62,135 nt of DNA from an uncultured Planctomycetales bacterium (GTDB taxonomy: Bacteria; Omnitrophota; Gorgyraeia; Gygaellales; Profunditerraquicolaceae). Below, in pieces: positions 31,801 to 43,800 of the stretch. A program made the translations under genes and the position numbers. Every line of letters starts with the position of its first letter. Within the stretch, counting starts at the first letter, position 1. The stretch spans positions 62,001-124,135 of the forward strand of contig CAZAPM010000005.1 in the NCBI GenBank assembly GCA_964487475.1, read 5' to 3'. The notes beneath the pieces are model-generated. The model saw nothing but the letters and a program-made list of their open reading frames with translations, had not been told where the DNA came from and ran no database searches.

Positions 31801-34800
31801 CCACCGTGCTGGAAGGTGTCGCGACCGCGGATACGGATTCCTACCTGGCGCGTAAGGGTGCGGTGTACCGGGCCGCGGTGCTGGAAGCGGCGATCTCCAA
31901 GATCGAACTGGCGTGGCAGCAGTTCCAGGGCACCAAGGCTGACGCAGCTGCGGCAAAGCAGGCGTATGATGCGGCAGTAGCGGCAGTGGAGAAGGAAGAA
32001 GCTGAGATCGCCGCGGAACTGGTGAAGCTGCTGCCTGACCTGGCCGGAAAGAATCCTACCGCCGGCCTGAAAAAAGGACTTTCCACCGGCACCAAGGTGG
32101 CCCTCGTGGCTGCCGCGGCGATGCTGGTTTCTGCCGCAGCGCTGGCCGGGACCCCGGCGGATGATCAGAACGCCGGTTCCGATGATGTGTTCCAGAGGGC
32201 TTTCGACAAGCATGACGAGGCGGCTCTGGACGGCTCCAAATATTATGAAACCGGCCGCGAAGCGTCCGTAGGCACGAAGGGCGCGGTTGCGCTGGGAGCG
32301 ATCGGCCTGGCTTCCTTGCTTTCCCTCGGTGTCGGGATCAGGAATAAGAAAGCAGTATATAAGGTTGCCGGTATCGCCGGCCTGATGGCCTTAAGCGTGG
32401 TCGGCATTGGCCTGGCCAATGGTTACGGATATTCCGATTTCGAAGAGGATGCGGGCGTCCTCTATTGCAAGATGTTCGATCAGGCGCGTTTGGACCAGGC
32501 CACCCTGGGAGATTTCCAGCTGGGCAAGGATGTGTGCGAAGCGTTGAAGGATGCCAAGCCGGAACTTAAGCACATGCCTTGGCATGAGATCGCCTCCGAT
32601 TCGCAGCTTAGCCGCGAAGCCGCCCAGCATTACCTGTTCAACTGCGTGAACGATCTTAGGAACGAAGCACGCAGCATCCGCGTATCCCCGATGGATATGA
32701 CCGAAGAGCAGCTGTGGGTCAACGTGCTTTCCAGCTTCCCGAGCTCGGCCATGCTCAAGGGCCAGTCGATCATCGCCTGGCACGTGCAGAACCGCTCCGC
32801 GGCATACGGATTGAATCCCCAGTTCAAGGGGATCCCGACCGCGAAGCAGCTTGAAGGGGCGCTGTATGAGCTGGGCAAGAAGTACGGCTTCGACGATGCC
32901 AAAGCCCGCCGCGAAGCGTTCCTGGCGGCGCACGGCCGTCACTTCCCGCTCAAGGCTAACGGTACCTACCAGATCTCGGCGCAGTATAACGGCAAGGCGG
33001 TTTCCCTGACGGTGACCAATCCCGGCCAGGCGACCTTGACGGACGTGCTTTCCAGCCACCTGAAAGTGGCGGCATCCCAGCTGCCGGCAGAGGTTCAGAT
33101 CCGGAACGGTTCTTCCACGAACAGCATTACGGTGTACCTGGTGGGCGAAGATTACAAGATGTCCGGTGTCACGCTGGCGACTTTCTTCAGGACCGAGATC
33201 GGCAAGAAGATCTTCGATGAAGTGGGCGCCGCCAATATCTATCCTTCCGCTGACGACGTGATCAAGCGCGACCCGAGCGGCCAGCTCAGGGCGTTCAACC
33301 GCGGGGCGAATATCGTCAAGACCCAGATGCAGGGCATCGATCTCGCGGGCGGTCTGTACACCGATGCGGAAAAAGCGATGGTGCAGAATGCGCCGGTCAA
33401 AGTTCCTTTTGCCCTTACCACCCGCGATATGTTCGGCGCGCGCCGCGGTAACGGGGAGAGGACCCATCAGGGCGTAGATTACCGCGTGGCTGCCGGCACC
33501 CCGGTGTATGCGGTGGATGCGGGCAAGGTCCGTTTCGCCGGTGAATATGACACCAACTATTACGGCAATGTGGTGATGATCGAGCACGCCAACGGAACGG
33601 TAAGCTTCTATGCGCATAACGAGAAGAATGTAGTAAAGGCAGGGGAAAGCGTTGCGCGCGGCCAGCAGGTAGCTACTGTCGGCCGCAGCGGCAACGCCAG
33701 CGAAGTCGGCGACATGCTGCATTTCGAGATCCGCCAGGGTGAAAANNNNNNNNNNNNNNNNNNNNNNNNNNNNNNNNNNNNNNNNNNNNNNNNNNNNNNN
33801 NNNNNNNNNNNNNNNNNNNNNNNNNNNNNNNNNNNNNNNNNNNNNCCGCGCCTGCGGTTGCTCCCGCTCCTGTGGTGGCTGCCGCGCCGGCAGTTGCGGC
33901 GCCCAAGTTTGACAATGACCTTTATAACGCGGAAAATGCCCTTGCCCGCGCGATGGATGAGCAGGAAGAAGAGCTGATGTGGCAGCTGGATCATCAGAGG
34001 ATCCTGGCGCAGAAGATGCAGCAGCGTAAGGATCTCGATGCGCAGATCGCAGGGATCCAGAAGACCATTACCGATTCTCAGCGCCGCCATGCAGATCGCG
34101 CCAAGGCCATTGAAGCGCTTCGCGGCCAGGTCACGTCCCTGCAGGCCAAGGCAGCTGAAGCTGCTCCGGCCGCTCCTGCGGTACCTGCAGCGCCTGCCGT
34201 TGCAGCGGCCTCCAAGCCTGTGTCCGGCCAGCAGCCGGCAGTGGCGGCGGCTTCTGCGGTCCGTCCGGGAGTTCCCGCGGCAGCCGGCACTGTGGCATCC
34301 GCGACCGAGATCTCCAAGAAGCCTGTAGCGCTTACCCCGACCACCGGACTGGCTCCTCCGGCCGTGTTCTCGACCAAAGGCTTCCAGGTACTCGTCAACG
34401 GCAAGCCTTTCTACGGCCTTACCATCGATGCCGAAACCTTCACCCACTCCGATGTCAATGCCCTTATCGGTAACGCAGTCCGCACGTACTATCCTATCGA
34501 CCTCAATCTCCTCAAGACCATCATCGATTCCGGAAAAGCCGATACGGTCTTCATCGGCATGGTCCTCAATGACTATGCGTATGACAACCTGACCCAGTTC
34601 TGGGGCAATACCGTTCCTGTCAGAAGCGACCGTATCACCATCGAAAAGGGCAATTACCTTGAATATATGCGTCAGGCCCTGGCGATCGCCCGCGGCAAGG
34701 CCACCTTAGTCTTCGAGCTCGGCAACGAATACAATTTCGCGCACAATTATCCCAAGTGGACCGGAAAGCCGGTGCAGGCCTGGTTCGATACCGTGGACGA

Positions 34801-37800
34801 GGAAGCCAGGAAGATGCATCAGCGTTTCGGCAGGGAAGCCAAGGTCTCCGTGGTCATCGGCGACGTACCGGATCATTTCGAAGCGGTGGCCCGTACTTCC
34901 GTGGATATGGTCGGCATCAACAGCTACCGCGGTGTGGGCGAGCTGGTCGCGGCCTGGCAGAGAGAATCCGCCAAGTCGGGAAAGACCATGCCCATGTACT
35001 TCGCGGAGCACGGCGCGCAGTCGACCACCGGCGAAGAGACCCAGCTTACCCGGGTACGCCGCGTGTATGAAGAGGCCCGTCAGCTGGGCATGTCCGCGCT
35101 GTTCATGAGCTTCGAGGATAACTCCCGCAAGGGCAATGACGACGGATGGGGCTGGTACGGCAAGAAGGTCTATGCCGCGATGCAGGAGCAGTGGAAGGGT
35201 ATCGCTCCCGCGCCCAAGTACGGCATCTCCGTGCCGGCAGGCCAGATCGCCGCCGCGTCCGATGCCGCGACCATCGCCCAGAGAGAAGCCAAGCTTTCCT
35301 ATATCGACCGTGAGCTCTCGAGAGCCACGCTGGCCCTGGAGAAAAAGCAGGCCCAGCTCGATGCGCGCAAGCAGGCATTGGCGCGTATGAACCAGGGTAT
35401 TGCCGCGGATTCCTTTGCCGGTATCTCCCTGGATGCCGCGCTCGTGACCGCGCTCGACCGTACCTATTTCGCCGGAGAGCATGAGGTCACCGGCCTTTTC
35501 GCCGCGTACCTGAAGGACGAGAGCCGCCGCCTGGAAGGCCTGCGCAACTATATGCAGGATATGGGCAATACCCGGGCCAAATCCGCGGCCGATATTACGG
35601 CTGCCTTCGCGGCGCTTCGTACCGACCTGATCAGCCAGGCGAAGCAGCTGCAGGATAAGGTCACCCTGGCGATGCAGAAGAAGGGCGCCGATAAGGAGGC
35701 CCTGGGCGTCATCGCCGCGTTCCTGGATAAGGACCTGCAGAGCCTGGAAGCCGCCACTGCCCCGAACGTGGCCGCGGTGGAAGCGTATACCAGAAATCAC
35801 ATGCTCAATCAGCAGGGCCAGATCTACCTCGACCTGACCTATTCCCAGGCTGCCTTCAGCGAGCTTTATTCGAATTTCATCAACCTGCGCAACACCTTCT
35901 TCGAGCTGGTCAAGGATACCAAGTCCAAGAACAAGAGCGAGCTGGCGGCGTTGTACATGGGCTTTGAGAAGGGCTTTGCCAACACCCTGGTCTCCTTCGG
36001 CAAGGTCAACGATATCAACTTCGGGGTGCAGATCGGCGGAGACCTGGCGCCTCTGACGGACGCCATCCAGATCATCTACGGGTTCGTGACCGAAGAGATG
36101 AGCATGACCAATATGGTGCTGGCTTCCCTGGCGCTCTATGACGACTTCACCACCCTCTGGCAGCTCCCGCAGGCCCGCCACCTGAAGGACGTGGGCGGCA
36201 TCATCATCCCGCTGCCCAAGGATGAGCAGCTGCGCCGCATCGGTATCACCCTCTTCGGCCACAACATCGGTGTCGGCGAGGGCGGGTTCATCGCCAAGGA
36301 TAAAGGCTCCTTCTTCGGTCTTAATGCCCTGATCGCCGAGCTGAAGCTGGGCAACAAGATGAAGGTGGGAGTCGATGTGTGGCTGGTCGAAGTGGAGGCA
36401 GGCGTCGATTTCGAGCACAGACTCAAGCATATCCTGCCCAACGTGATCCTGAACGCGTCCCTCTTCGGGGATAAGGTATACCTGCTCCAGACCAAATACG
36501 GCACCTATGCGTACTTCCCGACCATCGCTGCTAAGGACGGGGTCAACGCCTTTACCCAGAAGAGAGAATCCGATTTCTATGACATGAGGCTCTTCGGCGA
36601 ATGCCTCAACAGCTTCCTCGAGCATGCCTTCCAGGGCAAACTGCCGAAGGAGTACACCGCGGTGTACGTGCCTTCCCGCGTGCAGATGGAAGCGTACCGC
36701 CGCGCCGTGACCGGGGAAGAGCCGAACGCCAAGTACGACGGCAAGATCGAAGACCTGGATATGAAGATCGGCAAGATTGACCGCGAGCTTAAGAAGCTTG
36801 GCGAGAAGAAGTCTTCCGCCCGCGTGCAGAAGCAGGTCGCGCAGCTGCAGCAGGAGCGCCAGCCGCTGGATGCGCAGAGAGCGGAACTGCGCCGCCAGAA
36901 GCTCGCGGAGCAGAAGGGCGACTATTCTTACTGGATCAAGATGGATCTCAATACGCATCTGCAGACCATCTTCCGTTACAACCTGAAGAACGGGGCTTCC
37001 GAGGTCATCTCCCGGGTCAATATGTTCTACCGTGACGAGACCAAGGCCTCCAACGCGGTCAGGACCGCCAATAATTTCGAGACCGAGAAGTATCTGAAGG
37101 CGTTGAACCTCTGGCCCTGGAAGTCCGCCGCAGACGAGGAGGCCAATCCGGTCAAGTTGATGAAGGTGGCCAGCGTCAAGGATTTCGGCAAGATGGATGC
37201 CATCTTCCGCGGCGCGATCGAAGGGTTCGGCGCGCAGACGGATATCCTGGGCAACGCCGTGAAGGTGTCGGAGACCATGGAAGAGGTTCCGGCCATGTTC
37301 TATGGCATGGTGCCGCAGAGACAGAACAGCGCCTTTGTGTTCGACGCCCAGGGCAACCCCAAGATGACCATGGCGCCCATCAATCCGGACAGCGGCGCGG
37401 TGGGTACCTTCAGCCTTAAGATGCCTCTGATCCGTCAGTTCATGCAGGAGAACAAGACCGGTATCCAGCACGTCTCCTTCGCGAACACCGGCAAGGCGTT
37501 CATGAGACTGCAGCAGCCGGTCGCAGTGGAGAAGGCGAAGGCCGGGGAGAAGTATACCGCCGAATACGTAGTGACCGGGTTGAACGGCGAAGAGCGCAAG
37601 ATCAAGCTCGACCTTACCTTTGCCGAAGGCGAAATGATCACCTTTGACGCCGCGACCGCGCGCAACAGCGCGTTTGAGACCAAGGCGGGGGATAGGCCGT
37701 TCGCGTTCGTCCGCCAGATCACCGTGAACGTTCCGCAGGCCATTGCCTGGACCTTCCGTCAGGGCGAAGGCGCTAAGGCGGTCGATGCGGCCGAACTGGC

Positions 37801-40800
37801 CCGGATCAGCGCGGCTACGACCGTAGGCGACAGGGTCAGCGTCAATCTCGGTGACACGTATGAGACCGTGGTACTCGGGCCGAAGGTCAACAAGGTGTGG
37901 GATGCGGCGTATACCCGGACCGCCAAAGACGGCAAGGTGACCCCGGCGTTCCTGGAATATGCGAGCGGGGTCGAAGAGGTGGTGTCCAATCCCAATAATC
38001 TCAAGGAAGAGGATATCTTCGGCTATGTGGTCAAGGACGGCAAGCGTATCGCGGTCGCCGCTCCTCCGGTCGGCGGGATCATGGAAGGGGAGCAGGTCAT
38101 CGACCTGAGCAAGATCGTTCCCGCTCCGGCGCGCGCGGCAGCGGCTGCGGCGTCCCACGATGAGCTTAACGCAGGATTGCGCGAATATTTCCGCCAGATG
38201 AGCACGCTGGCCAACAAGGTCAAGGAACTGCGCGCGCTCAAGGCCAAGCTGGCAGACGGGTATTACCGCGATATCCCGACCGCGCAGGAAAAGGTCCGTA
38301 TCGACGCGCAGAACAAGATCGCGCTTGAGACCAACGCCGCCCAGCAGAAGCAGTGGAGCGAGGATAACAAGGCGAGCGTCGACCAGAACCTGGCGGCTGC
38401 CCAGCAGAACCTGACCCGCGCCGAAGGACGTATCGCGGAGGAGATCGCCAAGGAGAAGGAAGGCCTTACCTATAATAACGGGCTGCTGACCCAGGCGAAT
38501 GCCAAGGTCACCGACTTAAGCGCCAAGCTGGCCCAGGCCCGCCAGAGCAACAACGAGCTTCTGATCAAGTATTACTCCGAGCAGCTTTATGGCGTCAACG
38601 GCACCCCGGCGCACGTGACCGGCGGCGCGCTGCGCGACGTCTTCGATCTGCGTTATGAAGTCGGCAAGATCAATTACCGCATCACGCAGCTCGAAGCGGG
38701 CAACACCGCGGTGAGCCCCGACCTGAACCTCGACGTGACCGATGCGCGCAACGGGCTTAAGAACTGGCAGGATCGCCAGGCGGCGGTTTCCACCGTGGGT
38801 GATTGGCATAAAGATCCGTATGCGGCGAATGCGCAGTGGGGTAAAGCGCAGCTGCAGGCTGCCGGATGGCAGGTAACGGATGCCGCCAACGGCGTAACCT
38901 ATGCCCGCGCCAAGCTTTCTTCCGCGCAGCAGGGCGTTGCTTCCGCCCAGGCGAATGTCACCAGCGCGACCCGCGGCCTGAACAACCTTACCGGAGAGCG
39001 TGACACCCTGACCGCAGGCGCCTCCACCAAGTACAGCATCGAATGGAACCGCGCCCAGTCCGTGACCACCCGTAACGAGCTGACCAAGGTGACCACGGAT
39101 ACCGAGTGGGGTATCCCGGGCCTGCAGACGAGGCTCCAGAACGCCCAGAACGCCGGAGACGCCAATGGGGTCGCGTATTGGACGGGCAAGCTCAACGAAG
39201 CCTATGCCTACCGCGATCAGCTGCAGCAGGCAGTGCCTTACTGGGATGCCAGGATCACCGATTCCACCGCGCGCCTGACGCAGCTCAACGGCACCGGCAC
39301 CGATTCCATTTCCAACGCCCAGACGTATGTTGCCACGACCCAGTCCACCCTGACCACCGCGCAGGAGTATGAGGCGCTGCGCCAGAAGCTCCTGCAGGGC
39401 GGCGCAGTGGTCGACGGCAAGGAGATGATGGGAGCCATAGATTACTATAACAAGGTGGTGGCGGAGAACGGCGCGAACCTCGAGAAAGCCACCGAATATC
39501 TTAATAACCGCACCACGAGCATCAATGAGCAGATCGATAACCTTTACCGTTTCATGGATGCCCGCGATAACGCCTTTGATTCCACCAGCGCCGTGGCCGA
39601 CCGCTCCATGGACGCCCAGCGCATGAGAACGGCCCTCTACGAACAGGCGAAGATGATCCGCGAATCCGGCCAGGCGCTGCAGGCGCGTTATCCGCAGCTG
39701 CCGCTCTTCACCGAGAAGGAGTTCAAGGAGCTTATCGAATCCGAGAATCCGCAGGGATATCTCGGCAGCTACCTTAACGACAATTACCTCGGCAACAGCG
39801 CCAAGGCGACTTCCGTGTTCGAGGCGCTCGGCTCCAAGATCGACCTTTACAGCATCTCCCTGCAGTATACCGGCACCCCGGCGACCCATCAGCGCGGCGT
39901 GGGTATCCGCACTCCTCTGGGCGAGAATGCCATGAACGCCTTTGTGGTCGGGTACGCCGACCGCGTGCAGTACCGCGACAACGGGGACGGGACCACCACC
40001 AAGTGGAACGACCGCCGGTTCATCATCTTCGATAACGTGGCCTATGCCAAGGGCGACCTGTCCATGGGGTATGTCGGCTATATGGACGCCTCCGTTGACG
40101 GCAACGGCGTCATCCACATGCATGACCTGCACATCCGCGACGAACTGGCCAACAAGTTCTTCGTCCAGCTCTCCGGCGGCGCGCAGTTCACCAGCACCGA
40201 AGAGAACGTGAAGCTCGTCTCTTACAAGGACGGGCAGGAAGTGCTCCTGCCGAGGGATATCTTCGTCAAGGAACGCCTGATCTACACCAGCTTTGCCTTC
40301 GGCCGCGAGGATAAGGAAGCCGGATGGAAGTGGGATGTGTTCGTCCGGCCGGAATATGATACCTCGGTCTGGGCGCCGAAGGAGTTCTATCCTTACGTGG
40401 GAGCCGAAGGCCAGGTCAAGGTCGGGTTCCTCTCCGGCAGGGACGTGACCACCTCCGTGGGCGCCCGCGCCATGTACGCCGGGGATCAGTCCTTCAAGGG
40501 GTCCTCCTTCGTGAAGGTCGAGCTGCCCAGCGATATCTACGTGAAGGCGGAAGGCGCCAACAACCAGAAGTATGACCTCAGCTCCCTGATCTTCACTCTC
40601 GGGCTGCCCGTGCCGTGCGTGGACGATACCGGGGTCGAGGTGCATTACGGCATGAATTGGATCCGCACCGGCAAGATGTTCGACGGCTACGGTATGACCT
40701 TCGGCCCGGTGGCTTCCTTCGGCAAGTCCAAGCGTCCTGCCCTGCCGGGGATCGCCGATACGACCCTGCCGGCGATGTTCGATCAGCTGCGTCCGAAGAC

Positions 40801-43800
40801 CTCTCAGGGTCCTCCGGAAGTTACCGTTGACGGCACGCTTACCACGCATTCCACCCGCACGTTGACCGGCGACCGCTTCATCTGGGGCCCGGCCGCCGCC
40901 AAGCTCATCGAACTCTACGAGAAGCACGCCGGTGTCGCCATCTTCATCGATGCGAAGCTTCCCGCAGGGCTTACCTATAAAGAATTCACCGCCGCCCGCC
41001 AGCTGGATTCCATGACCCCCGCCGAATTGAAGGCGGAGGGGATCACCAAGACCAAGGACGGCTATTTCGTCTTCATCGCCGAGGCCAATAAGCAGATCAA
41101 GATCTCTGATGCCGACGGCCAGGCGCTGGTGCTGCCGCGCGCTGCCGCCCTGAAGAAGTTCGGCGCGCTCAAATACCCGGTGGTCGTCGAGCCGGGCATC
41201 GAGGCGTACAAGCAGACCATCGCCGGTTTGAAGGGCGCGGGCCTGGTGAACGGCCGTGCGATCTCCATGGACGAGCTCAATGCGTATGTGGAAGGCGCCA
41301 AGGGCCTGCGTATCCGGGGCGAGGCTATGGGCCAGAAGGACGAAGCCGGTAAGGACCTGCTGCGCATGGTGATCGTGGATCAGAACGGCAAGGTCAAGGG
41401 CAACCTTACCCTCGGCAAGAAGGGTATCGCCAGGATGGAAGAGATCCAGAAGGCGCGCTTTACGGTCGCCACTCCTGCGGGTAACCTGTTCCTCGATGAA
41501 GCCGGATTCGTGGATTTCATCGTCAGAAATCAGGGCAGGGTGCAGGCGAAGGCGGAAGGCACGCAGACGATCATCACCGTGGACGGTACTCCGGTGACCT
41601 TCCCGAAGGATTACGCCAGCCAGATGGCCGGCCTGGGCCGTATCAACGCCCTGGATGCCGCCCACAAGAAGCTGAGCATCACCCTGGCCGAGGATATCCT
41701 CAAGGCCCTGTATTCGAAGGAAGGCTGGGGCGCGGGCAAGCTGCATCTTTCCATCGAGAAGAACGCCGAAGGCAAGAACGTCTTCAAGGTCAAGGGCCTC
41801 AAGGACCTGACCGGCAATGACGCGGTGGTCGAATTCACCGATGCCGGCCGCGCGGCGCTGGCGGCCCTGCGGACCAACAACTACTTCGTGGTGGTGGCGG
41901 ACAAGGGATACGGGTATTACATGCCGCACAAGTCCATCGTGACCGACAGGGAGGCCCTGGTTAAGGAGGGCAACTCGATCGTGACCATCGATGAGAACGG
42001 CAATGAGATCGAGCGCGTGTACTTTGGCGATGTGGCGGCGGATGACCGGATCGAAGCGGTCCGCGGCACCGTGCCTGCCGGATTGACCGATATCCGCGCC
42101 GCCTACACCGGCAAGCCGTACTCTGAGGTCTTTGCCGTCAATCCCGCGACCGGCACCAAGGGCGCGCTTACCGGATGGGTGGTCAAGGCTTTTGACAAGC
42201 CGGTGGCGGATGCCGAAGGCCGCACGTATGACATCATGATCGAGCTGGATAAGGCTTCCAACTCCGTTACCCGCGCCTTCATGCTGATCATCGACAAGGA
42301 CGGCACCCAGACCACCTTTGATATCAAGACCGCGGATGCCAACGGCAAGAAGGTCTACGAGTTCGCCTGGTTCTCCGCCCCGGCCGCTCCCGGCGCGCCT
42401 GTCCAGGGCAAGATCTACCAGGCTGATTCCCTGGAAGCGATCACCAAGGCTGTGGCGGCCAAGAATTTCGCCGGATTGCGCGATACCGGCATGAGCATCA
42501 CGGTCGAAGATGCAGTGCAGGGCGCCGAGCGCAACAAGCTGGTGACCATCAGCAACGGCCAGGAGACCAATGTGCAGCTTATCGGCAAGAAGAGCAAGGT
42601 CCTGGCGAGCACCACGTTCGCGGCGAACGAGGCCCCGAGCTTCGAGAACAAGGACGGGTTCGTGGTACGCTTCAAGTCCCTGGAGGACCTGAAGCAGGCG
42701 CTGAAGACAGGAGACTTCTCCAAGGGCACCAACACCGGGATCAAGCTTTCGACCTTTGACGCGACTTTCGGCGGTGCGAAGGTCAAGGCAGTGGTAATGG
42801 AGCAGGGGGTCAACGCCAAGGTGGACCTGATCTCCACCAAGGCCGGGGAAAAGGAAGAGAATTCCGCGTTCAAGGGCAAGGTCGTCGCCTCCATCAGGGT
42901 CAACCCGGTCAAGGCCGTGCTGGATAGCGAGGTCAAGGATTATACCAAGGCCAGGATCAACGATATCCTCTCCCGCGGGTACTACGTGACCACGGTCAAG
43001 GCCGGCAAGGCAGTGCAGGCGACCAATCTCGCCGAGGTTGTGGAAGGATTGAGGAACGGCACCCTGGCCAGGGGAGACGAGGAGTCATTTGCGGTGTACC
43101 GCGGATTGCTTATCACTAAGGACGCTCCGGCGCGCAAGCTCCCCGTGCTCGCCATCTTCGGCGACAACAAGGGCAACCCGGCCAACGACGTGAACTACGT
43201 CAAGAAGTACGATGACGGCAAGATGACCACCTTCTCCCGCGCGGTCAAGCCGAGCGCACTGATCGTGGCGGATACCGGGCTGGCAGGCGAGTACGGCCAG
43301 ATCCACGGAAGCATCCTGATGGGTGTAGCCGCCTACGACATCGGCGCCCAGGCAGGTATCCCGGCCGACAGACAGCTGCGCGGCAGCCGTTCCTACAAGC
43401 TTTACACCGAATTTGATCCCGCGACCGGCGCGCATAATTACTACATGGACGGTACGCAGGGCTTCTCCCTGAACGGGCGCGATGCGTATCGCACCAATGT
43501 GAACGGCTCCGTGGACGCGATGGAAGTGTACACGGTCTATCCGGCTGAATACGAGCGCGACCCGGCGTTCTTCACCAACCGTCATGATCCGAAGTACTCC
43601 GCGCGGTCCATCTTCATCAACAAGAAGACCGGTCAGCGCGAGTTCGCCACCCCCGAATACGGATACCTGGAGCATCATCCGGCGGCAAAGAGCGAGGTTC
43701 CGGAGCCGAAGGGGACCAAGGCGGCGGTGATGAAGGCGGTGCTAAGAAGCGCGTTTGCGTTAACCATGTTGATCCCGTTCGCATTATTGGTCTTGAGCTT

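Noticed and set aside
33846..33977. C-terminus and stop of the 7,700-aa ORF (PRLRLLPLLWWLP...KKS)
   Set aside because: Wrong frame after an arbitrary 100-N gap; the protein-like frame starts at 33848.
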